DNA of 64,000 nt from Thermofilaceae archaeon (lineage in GTDB: Archaea; Thermoproteota; Thermoprotei; Thermofilales; Thermofilaceae). Numbering within the stretch: position 1 is the stretch's first letter; each line of letters starts with the position of its first letter. The position numbers were made by a program, and so were the translations under genes. Below the pieces are notes generated by a model. The model saw only the letters and a program-made list of their open reading frames with translations. It was not told where the DNA came from and did no database searches. The stretch is from positions 1 through 64,000 of the forward strand of contig JAVYWK010000010.1 of the NCBI GenBank assembly GCA_038727095.1. Reading direction: 5' to 3'. Of the stretch, positions 8,685 through 18,058 are shown piece by piece.

Positions 8685-11600
8685 GTGTTGAAGCGGGTAC
8701 TCCTCGGTATGCTACTGGCGCTCATTGCTATTAGCTCACAGTTGTACGTTTCCACTGGATTCTCGTTGAGGAGTTCGAGTAGCTCTTCGATTCATGAGGT
8801 TAGTTTTAGTGAATTAAACTTAGAAATGGGATTATTATCAGAGGTTCTTAGAACATTATCAAGTTATAGAACCAGAATGACAGGTTACCCAGAATTCTAT
8901 TTAGCTTCCAAATATATAAGGAATTATTTTGAAAGCATAGGTTTAAATGTAATTATACAAAAATATAAGGTTTTAGTCCCCCTTGATTTAGGATCTTACT
9001 TAGAGGTGCTTGAGCCAGCCGAGTTCTCAGGCTGTAAGATTCCGGTATATGCGCTGCAACCGAACTTAATCCAGACGTCTTTTACTTCGGATCTCAAGGG
9101 AGAGCTGGTATACGTTCGTGGAGACAGCCTAGATAGTTTGGATGGAAAGGATTTAGAAGATAAAATCGTTGTCATGAATTTCGATAGCCGCGATTTATGG
9201 ATAGATGCGTTAAACTTTGGGGCTAAGGGGATTGTATTTTTAGAAAGGGAAAGTAACAAGTACGATGCAATGTTAAAAGTTCTATCTACGCCGCTTTTCG
9301 CGCCTCGAGTGTTCGTTTCAAGGGAACATACTGACGAAGTCTTACGTCTAGCTAAAGTTGGCGCTAAAGTAAGGCTGGTTGTTAATATGAGATGGAGAGA
9401 GGTGGAGGCTGAAAACGTGATAGGTATTCTTGAGGGTGAGAGGAAGGACGAAATCATCATCGTGTCCGCCCACTTCGATAGTTACAGTGTTGTTCCAGCG
9501 TTTTCACCAGGTGCTGATGAGGCATCATCCATTGCAGCCCTGCTTACCATTGCAAAGCACTACGCTTCTCTTAAGAAGGTTCCGAGAACTATCTGGTTTG
9601 TTGCATTCAGCGGCCACTGGCAAGGACTAGCTGGAGCTCGAGAGTTTGTTGAAGATCTCATTTTTAACAACAAAGATATTCGAGAGGGAAAGCTGAGAGT
9701 TAAGGCATTCATAAACCTGGATTTATCCACGGACAATTATCAGCTATCCGCCGTCTTGGTGGGTCATTTTTACAAGTATGGTGGAGCTGGAGGAGGAGCC
9801 GAAATAGTGTCTAGGTACACGTGGGTTAAGAATATACTGGCAAACCTGCGCGACAACGTCTTAAGCAAGTACAACTTCTCGTCCGGCGATTTGAACGATG
9901 TCCTCACGAACTATTATTGGAGCAGTACAATGTTAGAACCATACATTTTAGATTCTGAACCGCCAGCACTTGCAGGTTTGACAGCATTCACGCTTATGAC
10001 CAGCTTTTCAAGGAGGCTGTACTGGTTTACTCCTTTTGACACGCTAGAGAAAGTAAACATTAATAATTTGGTTAAGCAAACGATACTTGCATTCCTCGTT
10101 ATCGACTCGATACTCAATCTAGATGAGATACCCGATTACGCGCCCGCAAGGGTGCGCCTTTACGGTCGAGGTGGCCCGGCGTCGTTTATTACGTTAAGGG
10201 GGAGAGTAGTGTTCTTCAACCTAACGAAGGGGTGGTATGATCCATTACCTAATGCACTTGTTAGGGTAGGGATACTTCCTCAATCCAATTTCTTCATATT
10301 CTCGAATATAATAGTTGGGACCAACGAGAGGGGGGAGTTTGAGGTTCATGGTTTGCCTATAGCTACTGTTCTCGGAGCTACTTACGCGGTATTCGTTGAA
10401 GGCTGGTATCTCAATGAGCGCAGTGAAATTTCTTACGCCCCCGATATGGGCGTTTACGGAGCTAGGGCTTTCCCAGCTTACCTCTCTCTGCTTAAACATC
10501 CGGAAAACGCGACGGCAGTCGTATTCGAGTGTGGCGTTGTGGAGCTGTTCGACATGCTGAATCCTAATAACTTCAGGAGGGCAGTAATCATGGATCCGAC
10601 CGCTAGCGGCGATGTTAACTACTTAACTGAGCAAGCAAAATTGATGGTATACAATTTCATAGAGTTTGCCGAGCCTCTCTTTTATGGAACATACTATAAC
10701 CCTCGGGAGCGAGTAGCGATGGCTTTCGTGCAACCAGGGATGAGATTCGCAATCGTACTTCAACGCGGCGCAATAGCGTTGCAGAACGTTGGTGTCCTAG
10801 TGAACGCCTCTGAGAGAGTACCAGAAGGTTCTGGATATGTCATCAACCGTGCAGGAGAAAGGTTGAGGATCAAGTTTACGGCCTTAGCGTTCGCTACGAA
10901 TATGAATAGTATTGCGAAAGCGAGATACGCTGTACTTTCCAGGCATTTTGTTTCCTCGCCTACAGCTCCTGAGGCGTTAAATAAGGCAGACAGCTTCATA
11001 CGCAAGGCTCAAGAGAGCCTTAAGGAGTTGAGGTACTCTGACGCTTACTCATACGCTTTGATAGCATGGTCTTGGTCGATAGTGGCGTACGGCATGCACA
11101 CTATGACGCTCATATATGATCTTCCCTTAACTGCAACGCTGTTCTATGCTCTACTGATACCCTCAGCATTCCTCCTAGAAAGATTGTTGCTGCGAAAGGA
11201 GGGGTTAGCTAGGATAATTTCGATAGCCGCCTTAGCGGCAGCGCTGTTTGCGGCCTTCAGTTTTGTGCATCCGTCAATTTTCTTAATGACCAACTCAGCA
11301 CTGGGATTAGCGGGGATTCTCGTACTCTCCTTCCTAATATTCGTGGTATACTTGCTAACCAGTGAAACTTCGAGGATTTTAGAGGAAGAGGAGGTGAAAC
11401 GGCTAGGAGAACATAGGTTTAGGAGGTTGCATTTATCAACCATTGAGTTATTCTCCTCTCTCTCGCTAGAGAACCTGAAAAGGTACAGGATGAGATCAAT
11501 ACTGACCCTTGCAACAGTCTTCGTCATTGTTATCGCCCTACTTTCGTTCACCTCTTCATCCTATGCTCTCGTAGTAAACAGAATAAACCTGCCATACCAG

Positions 11601-13127
11601 ACGGAAACAGCGTCTGCGTTATTGAAGAAAGGACGTGCCGAACCCCCCTACAATCTCCTTGACATATACACGGCCCGCGTAGTTGATACGCTCTTCAAGG
11701 GCGTTGGCTCAGCCTACCCCAGGGTCTTTGTATGGCCATCATTTGTAAGCCCTCTAGGACGAGTTATGTACGTTAAATCCGTAGATGGGCGAAGCACGAT
11801 TGTTCGCGGTCTACTAGGTTTTTCAGCTGGCGAGAGCAAAGCTTTACTTAGTGGCGCTCTAATAGCGGGTAGGCTTTTCGAAACTTATGATTACTACTCA
11901 TGTATCCTTACTTCAAACCAGGCTAAAATCTTAGGGGTAAACGTTGGGGATGTCATAAGCGCCGGAGGGATTAACTTAACCGTTATCGGAATTCTCTCCA
12001 CGGAGGTTCTAGCTTCAATAAAAGATCCCGATGGTTTAACACCCACAACACCTGATCCACGCACAATACCTCAATACGCTGTGGCTAGGACTGAGGCCCG
12101 CATAGCGTACCCGCTACCGTGGGATGAAGTCCTCCTTATCCCAGTTCGCCTGGCGGAAGACTTAGGAGGTGCTGTAGGTAGTATCGCGGTGTACCCACGT
12201 GAAAATGCTACAAGGCAAGCCTTCGAGGAGAAGGCTAGTGAGGCATCCAAAATAGTGGATGCGCCGATTTACATCTCTTGGGGCGGGACTCTGGCGTTCT
12301 CGAGGATGCTATCATGGAGCCTCATGGGGTGGGAGTTTTCGCTAATCCTTCTCTTCCTCGGTAGCCTAAATATCCTTGTGTCCTCAATAGCCATGGTTAG
12401 AGAGAGGACAAGAGATGTTTACATCTACAGTACGCTGGGGTTACCGCCAAAAGGGGTTCTTGTGTCGTTCATCATGGAGAACTTCATTTATGTCTCCATA
12501 ACCATACCAATAGGTTATATAGCAGGGATCTGCTTTAACTATCTACTACATGAAATTGGAATCCTACCCGATATTTACGTGTTTAACTTCTCCTCTTTGG
12601 CCGCTGCTCTCAGCCTAGTTACAATAATTGTAGTAATTATGCTATCTTCGATATACCCCGCTCTCAAGGCTTCGGGTCTAGTCACTCCGTCTCTCGAGCG
12701 TCGCTGGCGAGTAACGACAAGTCCCCGTGGGGATGAGTGGGATATCCCCTTGCCAGTGACAACGCCAACGCTAGAGGAGGCTAGAGCTATTCTGCTGTAT
12801 CTCAACGAGTACCTTCGCGGAATAGGGAGGACAACCCCGTACTTCACGGTAGTATCTGAACCCGTGTTAGAGGAGAAGAGCCTAAGCTTCAACGTCCTGT
12901 TAGCTCCAAGAGAGCTTAATATCACACAAGAGGTTAAAATCCTCCTACAGCAGACTGCGGGAAGGTACACCTTCCTGCTCCATGTCAGGAGGTTAAGCGG
13001 AAGGTATGAGAGCTGGAGAACATCCAACTACTTTTTTGCTGATGCGTTAAGAAAGCAGATGCTGTTGTGGCGAGGTCTCAGCGAAGAAATTCGCCTTAAA
13101 TATACGAGTATGAGTAAAACTTATTAA
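8685..13127 (+). CDS. PA domain + M28-peptidase-like + FtsX/MacB-like permease fusion (module copy 1)
   Basis: Signal peptide, RMTGYPE, GELVYV/GAKGIVF (PA), NVIGIL, SAHFDS, SGHWQGLAG, then TM bundle, ENLKRYRMRSILT and ERTRDVYIYSTLG (FtsX-type). Confidence 0.88.
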   Translation: MLKRVLLGMLLALIAISSQLYVSTGFSLRSSSSSSIHEVSFSELNLEMGLLSEVLRTLSSYRTRMTGYPEFYLASKYIRNYFESIGLNVIIQKYKVLVPLDLGSYLEVLEPAEFSGCKIPVYALQPNLIQTSFTSDLKGELVYVRGDSLDSLDGKDLEDKIVVMNFDSRDLWIDALNFGAKGIVFLERESNKYDAMLKVLSTPLFAPRVFVSREHTDEVLRLAKVGAKVRLVVNMRWREVEAENVIGILEGERKDEIIIVSAHFDSYSVVPAFSPGADEASSIAALLTIAKHYASLKKVPRTIWFVAFSGHWQGLAGAREFVEDLIFNNKDIREGKLRVKAFINLDLSTDNYQLSAVLVGHFYKYGGAGGGAEIVSRYTWVKNILANLRDNVLSKYNFSSGDLNDVLTNYYWSSTMLEPYILDSEPPALAGLTAFTLMTSFSRRLYWFTPFDTLEKVNINNLVKQTILAFLVIDSILNLDEIPDYAPARVRLYGRGGPASFITLRGRVVFFNLTKGWYDPLPNALVRVGILPQSNFFIFSNIIVGTNERGEFEVHGLPIATVLGATYAVFVEGWYLNERSEISYAPDMGVYGARAFPAYLSLLKHPENATAVVFECGVVELFDMLNPNNFRRAVIMDPTASGDVNYLTEQAKLMVYNFIEFAEPLFYGTYYNPRERVAMAFVQPGMRFAIVLQRGAIALQNVGVLVNASERVPEGSGYVINRAGERLRIKFTALAFATNMNSIAKARYAVLSRHFVSSPTAPEALNKADSFIRKAQESLKELRYSDAYSYALIAWSWSIVAYGMHTMTLIYDLPLTATLFYALLIPSAFLLERLLLRKEGLARIISIAALAAALFAAFSFVHPSIFLMTNSALGLAGILVLSFLIFVVYLLTSETSRILEEEEVKRLGEHRFRRLHLSTIELFSSLSLENLKRYRMRSILTLATVFVIVIALLSFTSSSYALVVNRINLPYQTETASALLKKGRAEPPYNLLDIYTARVVDTLFKGVGSAYPRVFVWPSFVSPLGRVMYVKSVDGRSTIVRGLLGFSAGESKALLSGALIAGRLFETYDYYSCILTSNQAKILGVNVGDVISAGGINLTVIGILSTEVLASIKDPDGLTPTTPDPRTIPQYAVARTEARIAYPLPWDEVLLIPVRLAEDLGGAVGSIAVYPRENATRQAFEEKASEASKIVDAPIYISWGGTLAFSRMLSWSLMGWEFSLILLFLGSLNILVSSIAMVRERTRDVYIYSTLGLPPKGVLVSFIMENFIYVSITIPIGYIAGICFNYLLHEIGILPDIYVFNFSSLAAALSLVTIIVVIMLSSIYPALKASGLVTPSLERRWRVTTSPRGDEWDIPLPVTTPTLEEARAILLYLNEYLRGIGRTTPYFTVVSEPVLEEKSLSFNVLLAPRELNITQEVKILLQQTAGRYTFLLHVRRLSGRYESWRTSNYFFADALRKQMLLWRGLSEEIRLKYTSMSKTY

Positions 13128-13149
13128 GAAGAGATAATCAAGACACTCG

Positions 13150-15195
13150 ATGAGCGAAGTAGAGCTTCGCCCAGGCCTCACACCTAGAATCCTCATCCTG
13201 ATCGTTTTACTGACAGCGCTCTGCTACATACCAACGCACTACCTCTGGAATCTCTCCGACAGACCTTACACGTTCAGTGGCTTTTTCGTACCCTACTTCT
13301 GGATAATAATGGTATTGATGCTTTTAGGGAGGCTCAGCCCCTCGTTGAGGCTAACCCCTCAAGAGGCAATAGTTCTTATGGTCCCCTTCTGGATCCTTAC
13401 GGGAATCAGCTTCATTGAAAAGGGCACGCCCAACGAGGGTCTCTGCAAAGGCTGGAGTAGTGCAACAGGTATCGTACCTCTCGTTTACGCGTTAAACGTC
13501 GATCCATACCGTGAAGCTTGGAGGGCAGCTTTTCCATCATTCTGGATCCCAAGCGACCCTGAACTGCTAAGAGCTGCGTGGGAGGGCTTAGGAATACGGG
13601 ATTGGGGGCCTTGGATCGCTCCGATGATCTACTGGATGCTTTTCTGGATCTCCTGGGTCATCATCGGACTGTGCTGGGGCTTTATCTTTAGGAGGCCGAT
13701 GGTTGAAGTTGAAAGGTTACCGTTCGTAGCCGGTTTACCGCTGGCCTATTTCTCCTTAACCGCTTTTGAGCAGACCCCTGAAGGGAAGTCTCGCCTATTC
13801 GATATGAGAGATGCATGGACTAGAAACCTTTGGATAGGTTTCATTATTGGTTTGCTACTGTCTTTGGCTCCCGTGATCTACGAGGTTTGGCCGGTGATCC
13901 CCTTCGGCGCATGGTGGGGCGAGTACCACATTGATTACATCACAAGTTTAACGGAGCCTGTGCTCCCGGGAGCCGATTTCTCATTCGTCTTCCATATAAC
14001 GCAAATTGTTCTTTGGCTGATGATATCGTACGATGTGCTCTTAACAGCGATCATCTCGTGGCTGGCAATAAACGTGATTTACAACATGGTCGTGATTAGA
14101 GCGGGCCTCGTACCCTTTGAACCGGGTATTAGCAGCTTCTCTTGCTGGACCATTGGGTACAGACCTCCCTTCCACTACTCATGGTTCGGTACAACGGGCG
14201 TCCTGGTTGGAGTTGGAATCTGGACCTTTGTAACAGCATGGCCCCACATAAAGAACGTGTTCCAGTCGCTAAGAGGGCCCGACTACGTCGAGCAGGGGCA
14301 GTCAATGCGACAAGTGCTATTACTCATCCTGACATTCACGGTGATTTGGGGTATCCTCTGGGCTGTAGCGGGTGTACCGGTACACCTCTTCATCGTCTTC
14401 TACATCCTGTGGTTGCTATGGATTGTAGCGAGTACAAGAATGGTTGGTGAAGTCTGGTACCACATGCCCGTAGGTACGCCTCTCATCTGGCCATTCGTCT
14501 ATTACTTGGGTGCAGGTACGGGTTTCTGGCAAGCCATTGTTCCCAATACCAACCCCTTAGCTATCAGAGCGATGTTCCTTGTCACTACGGCAACATGGTG
14601 GACACCGAGGTTCCAGTCGAATTCTATGTTCATGTCGCAAATCGGCTATAGGGTTGCACAAGTGAACAAAACGAGGGCTGGAGACATGTTCAGAGCCCTA
14701 TTAATAACGAGCATTGTGGGAATCCTTGTGGCTGTACCGTTTGGCACATGGTTTATGCATCATTATGGTGGGCTTTCCTCTTTCACCGGTGACAATTGGG
14801 AAGGCGGAGGCGTAGTGTGGGCTACTGGTGCTGAGAACATAGTTTCTTCGGAGTACTGGCCTGTACACTACGACATCGTAACCCACATTGTTTACACGAT
14901 CATAGGAACCATCGTAACGTTAGGCATTTACCTCGCACGTGCCAGGTGGCCTTGGTTCTTCATCAACCCCGCTGCTCTCTCTATAAGCCTCTGGCTAAAC
15001 GAATACATGTGGATGAACGCTGTCGTAGCATTGATTCTTAAGTACGTTATAACTAAGGTGGGTGGCGTCGAAGCGCTAGAGAAAAAAGTCTTCCCAGCAG
15101 TTGTAGGGTTCTGTACGGGTTATGGAAGCCTATTCCTCTTCGTCGCACTTAGAGAGTTATTCCTAAAAGTTATTCCAAGAGTACTGGGATTCTAA
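13150..15195 (+). CDS. DUF6785/DUF6784-like polytopic membrane protein (module copy 1, subunit B)
   Basis: 681-aa hydrophobic protein; WGPWIAP, VEVERLPF, RWPWFFINP; paralog of 62852->64000. Confidence 0.75.
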   Translation: MSEVELRPGLTPRILILIVLLTALCYIPTHYLWNLSDRPYTFSGFFVPYFWIIMVLMLLGRLSPSLRLTPQEAIVLMVPFWILTGISFIEKGTPNEGLCKGWSSATGIVPLVYALNVDPYREAWRAAFPSFWIPSDPELLRAAWEGLGIRDWGPWIAPMIYWMLFWISWVIIGLCWGFIFRRPMVEVERLPFVAGLPLAYFSLTAFEQTPEGKSRLFDMRDAWTRNLWIGFIIGLLLSLAPVIYEVWPVIPFGAWWGEYHIDYITSLTEPVLPGADFSFVFHITQIVLWLMISYDVLLTAIISWLAINVIYNMVVIRAGLVPFEPGISSFSCWTIGYRPPFHYSWFGTTGVLVGVGIWTFVTAWPHIKNVFQSLRGPDYVEQGQSMRQVLLLILTFTVIWGILWAVAGVPVHLFIVFYILWLLWIVASTRMVGEVWYHMPVGTPLIWPFVYYLGAGTGFWQAIVPNTNPLAIRAMFLVTTATWWTPRFQSNSMFMSQIGYRVAQVNKTRAGDMFRALLITSIVGILVAVPFGTWFMHHYGGLSSFTGDNWEGGGVVWATGAENIVSSEYWPVHYDIVTHIVYTIIGTIVTLGIYLARARWPWFFINPAALSISLWLNEYMWMNAVVALILKYVITKVGGVEALEKKVFPAVVGFCTGYGSLFLFVALRELFLKVIPRVLGF

Positions 15196-15552
15196 AAATA
15201 AAAGTTAATTTTATTTTTTATTTATAAAGTAATTCAAACTGAAGGAGATATTGAAAATCGGTTTTCAATTGAGCATCCGAAAGCGATCACTATTGGGTTC
15301 GCAAGTCTATGAGCACTGATCTAGGATCAAAGTCGTATAACTTATGGCTAAAGTTAGTGGGGAGCAGCTTTATGTTTCTATTACCTCTAGTCGCGTGATT
15401 CTCACAAGAAGCATTTTCCTTGTGTTCAAACATTCCTCTCGCCTGAGTTCATCAGCATGTTGCTTAAGCCTCTACAGTGATGCTTGAGATCACCCTATCT
15501 TACTTCCGCAGGCTTCCTCACAGTCCTCTTACTACCGTTCGTTCTCTAACCC

Positions 15553-15824
15553 TTCTCACAATGTATTCTCTCTCCAGTCCATAGTATACCTGATGGCGTC
15601 GAAGGACGATAAGTGGGGCATCACGCTGTTCACGCTCGGACTCTTCACTGTTAGCGCTTTAGTGGGGACCGTGGCAGCCATCCCTCACAGTGCTCGTGTT
15701 AACACTCCTCCTGAGGAGGGTGAGGATTGCGGCATCGCGCGCCCGCTCGCTGAATAAGCTCAACAAAGTACTGGGAGCTGCAATGGTTGCAGCCGCGGTT
15801 CTCTACGCAGCTGGCTTGATCTAG
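15553..15824 (+). pseudogene. Decayed, internally deleted ccdA remnant
   Basis: FSQCILSP/IVYLMASKDDKWGITLFTLGLFTVSALVGTVA matches intact FSPCILPLLPIVYLIASKGGRRGAAWFTLGLFSLSSLIGTVA; LTVLVLTLLLRRVRIAASRARSLNKLNKVLGAAMVAAAVLYAAGLI* matches the intact C-terminus; frameshift and deletion. Confidence 0.85.
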
Positions 15825-15944
15825 CGGAGGCGTAGCCTGCAACGGCACTGGCTGCGCACGGGCTTTGAGCTTGCGCTCGCAGCAGGGAGAGCGCGGTAGA
15901 GGTTAGTGGATACCTTTAATCCCCCGCTACCGCAGGCTAAGAAG

Positions 15945-16964
15945 ATGGGGGGTAGCGAGGGTCGGAGGGCGCACAGCGTCTGGTTTCAGCTTAAGAGGGA
16001 GCTGCTGTTCATCGTATCGGCTCTGCTGGCGCTAGCCGCGCTAGCCCCTCTCGAGTGGCGCTTCAGCCCAATCCTCGAGGGCTTCCTCCCTTCTGAGCTT
16101 GTCAGCATCTTCTTCACGCTGCTCCACGTGGTCTTCGGGCTTGTCTTCTCCTACTTCCTAGCCAGGTTTACCGCGAGAGCCGCAGGCGCGTTAATACGCC
16201 TTCTCCTGCCACCTTCGACGCCAAAGCTGGTGGTAGGGGGCCTCAACCTGCTCGTGAAGTTCGCGGCTTTACTGGTCTTCCTCACTGCCTTGCTGTACGC
16301 TCTCTCGTTCCGGATCACAGCCGTGGCGGAGACCATTAAGTGGCTGGGCGAAGCGCTATCCGGGTTCGTCTCGACGCTTATCGCTCTCGTCATAGCGCTG
16401 CAGCTGAGGGACATCGTGGGCAACTACCTGGCTTGGTTCGTCATTAGAATAGCTAGCCTCGTTGAGCCTGGAGACTACGTGAGCTTCAGCGGGGAGATCT
16501 TGAAGTGCGTCAGCATCGGAGGATCGCACGTTCGTTTCGTCAACCCACTGGGCGAGGAAGTCTACGTCCCCAACCTGCGCTTCCTAATCGAAACGTTCAG
16601 GAAGAAGTTCAGCCGTACCACCACCGGCTACGTGGACATGCGCTTCACGGTCCCCTACTCAGTCCCCTACGAGCGGGTCAAGGCGGCTGTGACGAGGGTC
16701 ATCAACGAGCTGAGCGAGAGCAACGAGGGGGTTCGAAGCTACCAGCTGCTGATAGCCGACCTCTCCAACTACGGCGTCGTCTACGAGCTCTGGATTAAGC
16801 CCGAGCACCCGGTCTTCCCTGCGGTTTTCCGGAGCTCAGCGATGGTGCTCCTGCAAAAGGAGCTTGGAGACCTGCTCGCCACTCCCATGCTCATCCAGTT
16901 CGCCGAGCCCGACAGCGGCGGCAGGAGGCTTGATCTGTCAGGGGAAGGAGCAGGGGATCAGTGA
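15945..16964 (+). CDS. MscS family mechanosensitive channel
   Basis: N-terminal TMs, ALQLRDIVGNYLA, PGDYVSF, VYVPN; ATG 15945 lies about 25 nt after a TATA-like CTTTAAT. Confidence 0.85.
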   Translation: MGGSEGRRAHSVWFQLKRELLFIVSALLALAALAPLEWRFSPILEGFLPSELVSIFFTLLHVVFGLVFSYFLARFTARAAGALIRLLLPPSTPKLVVGGLNLLVKFAALLVFLTALLYALSFRITAVAETIKWLGEALSGFVSTLIALVIALQLRDIVGNYLAWFVIRIASLVEPGDYVSFSGEILKCVSIGGSHVRFVNPLGEEVYVPNLRFLIETFRKKFSRTTTGYVDMRFTVPYSVPYERVKAAVTRVINELSESNEGVRSYQLLIADLSNYGVVYELWIKPEHPVFPAVFRSSAMVLLQKELGDLLATPMLIQFAEPDSGGRRLDLSGEGAGDQ

Positions 16965-17060
16965 GGGGAGTAGCGTCTTCACGGGTCCGCCTGTCAGGGG
17001 GTCATCACTCGCTCAGCTCGATAGGAGCACGGATTTAAGCATGCATCCTCTGCTTTCCCG

Positions 17061-18056
17061 ATGGATGTTCTCGCGTGCGGCTTCCTAGTCGCTGACATCG
17101 TGGTTGCAGGCCTCGAGAGGATCGCCGCTCCGGGCGAGGTCGTTGTCGCCCCTCGAGGGATTGTCCTCTCCGTGGGAGGGCACCCGGCAAACGTGGCTAT
17201 CGACCTGGTGAAGCTCGGCTTGGAGCCGGACAGCGTGGGTGTGTGCGGGACCGTTGGAAACGACATCTTTGGGGAGTTCATCGAGAGGGTGCTCGCATCG
17301 TACGGGGTGAGGCTCTTCATCGAGCGCGTCAAAGCCCCCACGAACAAGAACGTGATCCTCGTGGTGAAGGGTGAGGATCGGAGGTTTCACGTGGAGTTGG
17401 GAGCGAGCAACCTGCTCCGGCCTGAGCTGATAGAGGAGCTCGTCGAAAGAGAGAAACCCCGCATCTTCTACCTCGCCAGCGGTATAACCGAGCTAGTCGA
17501 TAAGAGGGTTGGAGAGGTCTTCAGGACCGCTAAGCTCACGGGGTCGTTGACCTTCGCGGATCTTGCTTCAAGCGGTAAGAGCCTGGACTACCTCGTGCCC
17601 GCAATGCCGTACATCGACGTGCTCCACTGCAACGACGCGGAGGCTAGGTTACTCACCGGGGAGGGGAACGCCGCTGGCGCAGCGCGACGGCTGAACGATA
17701 TGGGCGTGAAAACAGCGTTGGTAACGATGGGTGAAAGGGGGGCTCTCGCGGCAACCAGCCGCTTCCTGCTCAAGCAGCCGGCCTTCAGGGTAGAGGTCGT
17801 CGATCCTACGGGGGCCGGCGACGCTTTCTGTGCCGGCGTTATCCTTGGTTTACTGGAGCGCGGTTGGCGCTCGGAGGAGCTCGCTCGGTGCGACTGGAGC
17901 GATGTCGCGCAGCTCCTGCTGCTTGGGCAAGCTGCGGGTGCAGCCGCGTGCACGGCACCCGGGACGACGGAGGGGGTTTCGAGGGAGAAGGTTGAAGCCC
18001 TTATCCGAGAGCAGGGCGCCGATCTCCTGAGGGCGACATCCGTGGAGAGCCGGTAG
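17061..18056 (+). CDS. PfkB/ribokinase family carbohydrate kinase
   Basis: GGHPANVA, VGNDIFG, NDAEA, DPTGAGDAF. Confidence 0.92.
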   Translation: MDVLACGFLVADIVVAGLERIAAPGEVVVAPRGIVLSVGGHPANVAIDLVKLGLEPDSVGVCGTVGNDIFGEFIERVLASYGVRLFIERVKAPTNKNVILVVKGEDRRFHVELGASNLLRPELIEELVEREKPRIFYLASGITELVDKRVGEVFRTAKLTGSLTFADLASSGKSLDYLVPAMPYIDVLHCNDAEARLLTGEGNAAGAARRLNDMGVKTALVTMGERGALAATSRFLLKQPAFRVEVVDPTGAGDAFCAGVILGLLERGWRSEELARCDWSDVAQLLLLGQAAGAAACTAPGTTEGVSREKVEALIREQGADLLRATSVESR

Positions 18057-18058
18057 GG

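Noticed and set aside
15309-15398. 29-aa ORF (MSTDLGSKSYNLWLKLVGSSFMFLLPLVA) as a possible small subunit of the module
   Set aside because: Too short, follows a T-rich terminator-like stretch, and no counterpart can be checked in copy 2
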